64,000 bases of DNA from assembly GCA_965116925.1 (NCBI GenBank), contig OZ220744.1:5728001-5792000 (forward strand), read 5' to 3'. This stretch comes from Candidatus Poribacteria bacterium. GTDB lineage: Bacteria > Poribacteria > WGA-4E > PCPOR2b. The translations under genes and the position numbers were made by a program. A model generated the notes under the pieces. It did no database searches and was not told the DNA's origin. It saw only the letters and a list, made by a program, of their open reading frames with translations. Shown in pieces: positions 58,718-64,000 of this stretch. How positions within the stretch are numbered: the stretch's first letter is position 1; every line of letters begins with the position of its first letter.

Positions 58718-60727
58718 ATGAAAGTTACTTTGAACTCAGATTCCAGCGGGACTCTTAGATTTAGTATCTTCTTTTTATTAGTAGCAGCGGTTGTGATAAC
58801 CCAATACGGCTGCGTTTCAAAGAGTATGGATGAACAGGCACACCAACTCATCCAAGAAAAGGACTATCAAGGCGCAGTTGATGCTTATCAATCGATCATC
58901 GATTCCAAACCCGGAACATCAGAAGCTCGCCAGGCACAATTGGGCATTGCCAAGCTATATATTGAAAAAATGGATCAACCCCAACAGGGTGTTAAAATTT
59001 ACCAAGATCTTCTCGCTGCCGCCCCCGATAGCGACGAGGCTGCCGAAGTTCATTGGCGTTTGGGGCTTCATGCCTTCAAGTCCAAAGACTACCCAGCGGC
59101 GCAACAATCTTTTGATACCATCGTCAACAACTTTCCGACATCGGAACGAAGTCATAACGCCCAACTGATGCTGGCAAAAAGCTATGAGGAAGCCAGCAAT
59201 TATGAGAAAGCGGCAGAAGTCTACGATCATGTGGCAAACCGGCACCCGGAGGGCAAACGAGCAACACAAGCGTTGGTTAATAAAGCTAGAATTGAGCAGG
59301 AATATCTCAAAAATCAAACCGCTGCCACGCAAACATACCAGTCTCTCGTTAAGCAATATGGTGCAATTGAAGGCACAGAAGAATCGGTTGAAGAAGCGAA
59401 AAAGGCACTCCAATTGATGGGGGCAAGTATCCCCAGACCAGATGAGCCAGACGCACAGGAACTTGCAACGGAATATAGCCGTAGATCCAATTATCGAGAG
59501 CGACGCCGTGCGGAACGTGATGCGGCAGGCTTTGAGCTTAGCCCGGCAACGGGGATCCCAAAAGACATTCCAGAATCCGGTTTCGGCGTGAATCCCGAAG
59601 AAATCATGGGACCCTATAAGGAGACAATTATGCAAGAAGGGACCGCGGATCAAGACTTTGCGCCCGAAGTATATCACGACACAGTGCTTAAAATTGCTTT
59701 CTTGAAGTTGCAGTTTCAAGAGTATCGAGACGCCGGTGCACTTTTCTTTTATGCAATCGAACTTGCCAAACGTGAGAAAGCACGGATTGATCCATATAGT
59801 TTTCTCCGCCTATCGGTTTGCTATCGGAAAGTAGGCTTGTACCAGCGTGCGGCGAACGTGTTAAAAGAGGCGGTGAGAAGAGATGTAAGTGTTCTTGAGG
59901 CTGTCATCGTAACAGGTGATAATCAGTATCTAGACGAAGAGTACGAAAGAGCCATCGAAACCTACAACTCTATTGTGGGAATGAATCGAAGTAAAGATCC
60001 AGAGATCTATTGGAGATTGGGACTTGTCTACCAGAAGATGGGCAATTACGACAAAGAAGCGGAATATTGCGAACGGGCAATCGCCGTCAAAACTGACTAC
60101 ACGGACGCACTTCAGAGCCTTGCGTATGTACTTTTCCGCCATCTCAATAATAAAAACCGTGCAAGAATTTTTGACGAACTCGCTAGGGAGCAGAGCAATA
60201 GTTACGAAGGTGAGATAGAGCTTGGTGCGATCTGCTACAAATACGGCAACTACACTTGGGCAAAGACAAAATATCAAGCTGCTGCACGTCTCGCAGAACG
60301 GCAGAAAAAAGATACAATGTCGCCGCCAGAACAACTCCTCCTCAACAACCGGATTGTCTTTGCGAAGATACATGCGGCAATGGCGTTCTACAAAAGCGGG
60401 ATGGAAGATAAGGGACGGGAAATAGTCGATGCACTTGCCGCCGCATATCCTGATCACCCGCTGATCTCTTACGGAAATGGGCAGCTGGCTCTGCTCAAAG
60501 GGGACACCGATACGGCTATTGCGGAGTTCAAAGCATCAATGGAGAAGGACCCGAAATCTCACGCAGCCCCCATTGCTCTCGGCGAATACTATCTCTCACA
60601 AGGATATATCGATGACGCAAAAGCATTGTGGAGTGGATTCCTTAAAGCCAACCCCCGCAATCGTGTGGTGCGTCAACGGTTAGCTACTTTGAACAGGCAG
60701 CTTGAAGCGGCAACAAACTCAGATTAG
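58718..60727 (+). CDS. TPR-repeat lipoprotein, paralog 3 (lacks C-terminal domain)
   Basis: QYGC; colinear with paralogs 1 and 2 up to the last TPR. Confidence 0.85.
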   Translation: MKVTLNSDSSGTLRFSIFFLLVAAVVITQYGCVSKSMDEQAHQLIQEKDYQGAVDAYQSIIDSKPGTSEARQAQLGIAKLYIEKMDQPQQGVKIYQDLLAAAPDSDEAAEVHWRLGLHAFKSKDYPAAQQSFDTIVNNFPTSERSHNAQLMLAKSYEEASNYEKAAEVYDHVANRHPEGKRATQALVNKARIEQEYLKNQTAATQTYQSLVKQYGAIEGTEESVEEAKKALQLMGASIPRPDEPDAQELATEYSRRSNYRERRRAERDAAGFELSPATGIPKDIPESGFGVNPEEIMGPYKETIMQEGTADQDFAPEVYHDTVLKIAFLKLQFQEYRDAGALFFYAIELAKREKARIDPYSFLRLSVCYRKVGLYQRAANVLKEAVRRDVSVLEAVIVTGDNQYLDEEYERAIETYNSIVGMNRSKDPEIYWRLGLVYQKMGNYDKEAEYCERAIAVKTDYTDALQSLAYVLFRHLNNKNRARIFDELAREQSNSYEGEIELGAICYKYGNYTWAKTKYQAAARLAERQKKDTMSPPEQLLLNNRIVFAKIHAAMAFYKSGMEDKGREIVDALAAAYPDHPLISYGNGQLALLKGDTDTAIAEFKASMEKDPKSHAAPIALGEYYLSQGYIDDAKALWSGFLKANPRNRVVRQRLATLNRQLEAATNSD

Positions 60728-60760
60728 AAAATTGACCTTAGGAAAGGAACAGTAGACTGA

Positions 60761-61558
60761 ATGCATGAGCTCGCAGAGATTCTAAAGCCGGTTGAGGAAA
60801 TCGCCCGAGAAGCTGGTGACATTTTAATGGATTACTATGGAGAAATTCGTCAGATTGATTATAAGGGGATTGGCGATATTGTAACTGAGGCGGACAAAGC
60901 CTCCGAAAAACTTATCACAGAACGACTAGAATCCCGTTTCCCAGACTATGCCGTCCTCGGTGAGGAATTTGGCATGTCAACAGTACAATCGGATAACTGC
61001 TGGGTCACAGATCCACTGGACGGAACGGCAAATTACGCGGCGCGTTGTCCAATCTTTGCGGTTGCGATTGGGCTACTACACAACGGCACCCCAGTCCTCG
61101 GCATAGTGTTTGATCCCCACACCGATCGGATGTTCAGCGCAGTCAAGGACGGTGGAGCAACATTGAACGGGGTCCCTATTCACGTCAATGACCGTGAGAA
61201 ATTAGACCCCATCGGACTATTCGGATTTGGATCGCCTGTCCTCGAAATCCTTCACCCGTTTATACAGAAGTGTGGCAAAGCGCGCAGCCTCGGTTCCGCA
61301 GCACTCCACATCTGTTCGGTTGCCACAGGTTATTTCGATGGCAGTTTCGACCTCTACACAAAACTCTGGGACATCGCTGCGGCGGCTGTTATTCTACAAG
61401 AAGCCGGTGGCAGCATGACCCATCCATCGGGCGCACCGCTGTTTCCGTTATCATCGGATTCCTCCGCCTATCAAGGGCATAATGTCCCCTTTCTTGCAAC
61501 CAACGGAAGGATACATGAGGAATGTGTAAACACCCTCAAAGAAGATAAAGAAAAATAA
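60761..61558 (+). CDS. inositol monophosphatase family protein (SuhB-like)
   Basis: VTEAD, GEE, WVTDPLDGTANY, GSAAL, WDIAA. Confidence 0.93.
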   Translation: MHELAEILKPVEEIAREAGDILMDYYGEIRQIDYKGIGDIVTEADKASEKLITERLESRFPDYAVLGEEFGMSTVQSDNCWVTDPLDGTANYAARCPIFAVAIGLLHNGTPVLGIVFDPHTDRMFSAVKDGGATLNGVPIHVNDREKLDPIGLFGFGSPVLEILHPFIQKCGKARSLGSAALHICSVATGYFDGSFDLYTKLWDIAAAAVILQEAGGSMTHPSGAPLFPLSSDSSAYQGHNVPFLATNGRIHEECVNTLKEDKEK

Positions 61559-61591
61559 ACCTAACTTGCGGTAATAAGGAGATCCCCCTTC

Positions 61592-64000
61592 ATGTCCATC
61601 CCGAAGCTATCCGTGGGTAATCCCGTCCTAGCGAATCTATTCATGATCATCATCATCATATTCGGTGTCTACGCTTGGATTGTGCTTCCCAGAGACTTGA
61701 TTCCCGAAATATCTTTTCAGTCCGCAACAGTAACTACATTCTATCCCGGAGCCTCCTCGGAAGACGTTGAAAAACTGGTCACTGTACCGATTGAGGACGC
61801 GGTCATAGAGAGCGTAAACAAAACTGATATCATTGTATCAATCTCATCGGAGGGAAGATCATTAATCACCGTCCAGTTTGAGGAAATCAGCGACCGCGAC
61901 TTTGACAAGGAATTCCAGAACTTGCGGACCGCCGTTGATAGAGTCAACGATCTCCCAGCTGAGATTCTAGACGAGCCCCAAGTGCTAGAGATTGATACGT
62001 CAAGCGGTTTCCCAATGTTGACAATTGTTGTCGGCGGAGAAATTTCGGAAGATCAGATGAAGGAGATTGCAGAGGATCTGAAAGATGAGATTCTTGAAAT
62101 TAAAAACGTCTCCGCCGTCCGGCTAGCGGGGGTGCGGGAAAGGGAAATCTGGGTCGAAGCCAATCCGGATCAGTTAAAAGCATATAACCTCCCTATCGAA
62201 GCGGTCATCAATGCGCTGAGAACCCACAATCTGAATCTCCCCGCGGGTACATTAGAGATGGGCACATCGGAGTATCTGGTGCGCACAATGGGGGAGTTTA
62301 ACAACCTGCAGGAGATTGAAAACACGATTATACGTGCCCGACCAACCGGAACACCATTACGAGTGCGTGATGTTGCAACCGTCTCCGACACTTATGAGAA
62401 ACCGCGTACACTATCGAATATTAACGGCAAGCCCTCAATCAGCCTATCTGTCCAAAAGAAAACTGAGGGCAATACCATCAAACTGGTCAAGCAGATTCGG
62501 GAACTGGTCGAGCAACGTAAACAGAACCTGCCAGAAGGCACAGAACTCTCGGTGGTGAACGATTATTCTGTTATTTTACAGGAACGGTTAGGAATCCTAG
62601 AAAACAACGCCATCTTTGGACTGATCTTGGTCGTTGTCCTGCTTTATATCTTTATGGGATGGCGCAACGCTTTCTTTGCGGCATTAGGCATCCCCGTTGC
62701 ATTTATGGCAACCTTTTTCTTTCTGCACTGGTCAGGATATACCCTCAGCGGTGTTACGTTATTTGGTTTGATTCTCGTGGTCGGTATCGTTGTGGATGAT
62801 GCAATCGTTGTCATTGAAAACGTGTTCCGGCGTATTCAGGAGGGGATGCCCCCCAAAGAAGCGGCAATCGCCGGAGCCCAAGAGGTGGGGTGGCCCGTCC
62901 TTGCGGCAAGTCTCACCACAATTGCTGCGTTCGGTCCGCTCATGTTTATGTCCGGCACTTCGGGGCAGTTCTTGCGAATCGTTCCTATCACCGCTATCTT
63001 GGTAATACTCGCATCGTTGTTTGAAGTCTTCATGATTTTGCCGTCCCATATTGCTGAGTGGGGTAAGGCGCAGAGTCGAACACAGCGACGACATGTGTGG
63101 TTCGATCGAATCCGAAGACGTTATGTGCGTATACTGAAAGTGACGATTCGGCGACGCTATGTAGTCGTCTGTGGTGTTCTCGTCTTTGGGGTATTGGTCA
63201 CTATCGGTGCATTTTCCCAGTTAGAAAGGCAGCTGTTCCCCGGCGAAGATTTTCCGCAATTTTACATCAAAGCGGAAATGCCGCCTTCGTTTGGGCTAAA
63301 AGAGACCTCCGCCGCTTTAGCAAAGATTGAGGAAGTTGCCATGTCCCTGCCGTCCGATGAACTCGTCGCCGTTGTCACAAACATCGGCTTGATCACACCA
63401 ACCTCTCTGCTGGAAGGCTCAAGCGTCCGATCCAACGTCGGTGAAGTACTTGTTGAATTGGTCCCAAAGGATCAACGGAGACGAAGTACAGATGAGATTG
63501 TCGCAGATCTTCGGGGGAAGGTTGATGCAATCAGCGGCATTGAAAAACTCACATTTGATGCACAACAAGGGGGACCACCGCAGGGAACAGATGTGGAAGT
63601 AAAAGTGAAAGGGGAACGGTTCGAGCCGTTAGAAAAAATTGCCAACTCACTCAAAGAGAAATTGCATCAGATGGACGGCGTCTATGATATACGGGATGAT
63701 TTTGTGACAGGGAAATCGGAAATCCGCTTGCGCGTTAAGGAAGATAGGGCATACCAGTACGGCTTGAATATCTTTCAAATCGCTTACAATGTTCGGAACG
63801 CTCTTGAAGGAAATATAACAACAACTTATCGCGACGCCGATGAGTCGGTTGATGTTATTGTGAAATACGACTCAGATGATTTGCAATCAATCGCCAATCT
63901 TGAGGAGCTGCTGATTCCTGCGCCGAACGGAACGATGGTGCCACTCAGAGATGTGGCTGAAGCGCGCGAGGAGGGTGGATATTCGGAAATCCGTCGGTTT
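61592..64000 (+). CDS. RND efflux transporter, AcrB/AcrD/AcrF family (runs off window end)
   Basis: Not in ORF track: MSIPKLSVGNPVLANL...YPGASSEDVE...VGIVVDDAIVVIEN; AAGGAG RBS. Confidence 0.92.
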   Translation, partial: MSIPKLSVGNPVLANLFMIIIIIFGVYAWIVLPRDLIPEISFQSATVTTFYPGASSEDVEKLVTVPIEDAVIESVNKTDIIVSISSEGRSLITVQFEEISDRDFDKEFQNLRTAVDRVNDLPAEILDEPQVLEIDTSSGFPMLTIVVGGEISEDQMKEIAEDLKDEILEIKNVSAVRLAGVREREIWVEANPDQLKAYNLPIEAVINALRTHNLNLPAGTLEMGTSEYLVRTMGEFNNLQEIENTIIRARPTGTPLRVRDVATVSDTYEKPRTLSNINGKPSISLSVQKKTEGNTIKLVKQIRELVEQRKQNLPEGTELSVVNDYSVILQERLGILENNAIFGLILVVVLLYIFMGWRNAFFAALGIPVAFMATFFFLHWSGYTLSGVTLFGLILVVGIVVDDAIVVIENVFRRIQEGMPPKEAAIAGAQEVGWPVLAASLTTIAAFGPLMFMSGTSGQFLRIVPITAILVILASLFEVFMILPSHIAEWGKAQSRTQRRHVWFDRIRRRYVRILKVTIRRRYVVVCGVLVFGVLVTIGAFSQLERQLFPGEDFPQFYIKAEMPPSFGLKETSAALAKIEEVAMSLPSDELVAVVTNIGLITPTSLLEGSSVRSNVGEVLVELVPKDQRRRSTDEIVADLRGKVDAISGIEKLTFDAQQGGPPQGTDVEVKVKGERFEPLEKIANSLKEKLHQMDGVYDIRDDFVTGKSEIRLRVKEDRAYQYGLNIFQIAYNVRNALEGNITTTYRDADESVDVIVKYDSDDLQSIANLEELLIPAPNGTMVPLRDVAEAREEGGYSEIRRF

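Noticed and set aside
53367..60727. Diversity-generating retroelement acting on the TPR paralogs
   Set aside because: No reverse transcriptase in the window and no template/variable repeat pair with adenine-specific mismatches was seen.
61741..63654. Short ORFs listed at the window end
   Set aside because: They lie within the long open RND transporter frame that starts at 61592.

Overview
Bacterial chromosomal window, roughly mid-GC by eye. The gene content is consistent with a Candidatus Poribacteria-like organism, but that is inference, not proven. From left to right: the 5' part of a D-aminoacylase-type amidohydrolase; a lipoprotein; a minus-strand run (sugar-phosphate isomerase, split DUF6178-like pair, SLATT-like membrane protein, purC); a secreted transglutaminase-like protein coupled to a 2098-aa C25/gingipain (PorU-like) protein; a ~21 kb rex-hemB-hemL-polyprenyl synthase-sirC-ccsA/hemX-hemA-hemC-cobA/hemD-ccmEFH(I)-ccmABCD cluster; an epimerase; a sigma-54 two-component pair; NYN nuclease, tRNA nucleotidyltransferase, M50 protease, trpS, mazE plus nonsense-mutated mazF, scpAB and an epimerase; a repeat/TolB-like secreted protein; three paralogous TPR lipoproteins; an inositol monophosphatase; and the start of an RND transporter. 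The non-coding DNA is rich. There are two tnpA-less IS200/IS605 elements, one with intact tnpB inserted in the hemC 3' end and one internally deleted in front of rex. There are at least four MITE types, several with perfect target-site duplications and GTAG-type REP hairpins inside, plus a heptamer repeat that has invaded gene ends. The most novel signal is that the two divergent tnpB elements share a sigma70 promoter followed by a ~75-nt 5' leader that folds into the same three-way junction with a covarying 7-bp loop-bulge pseudoknot. This is a candidate undescribed structured RNA controlling TnpB. No rRNA, tRNA or CRISPR array was recognised.
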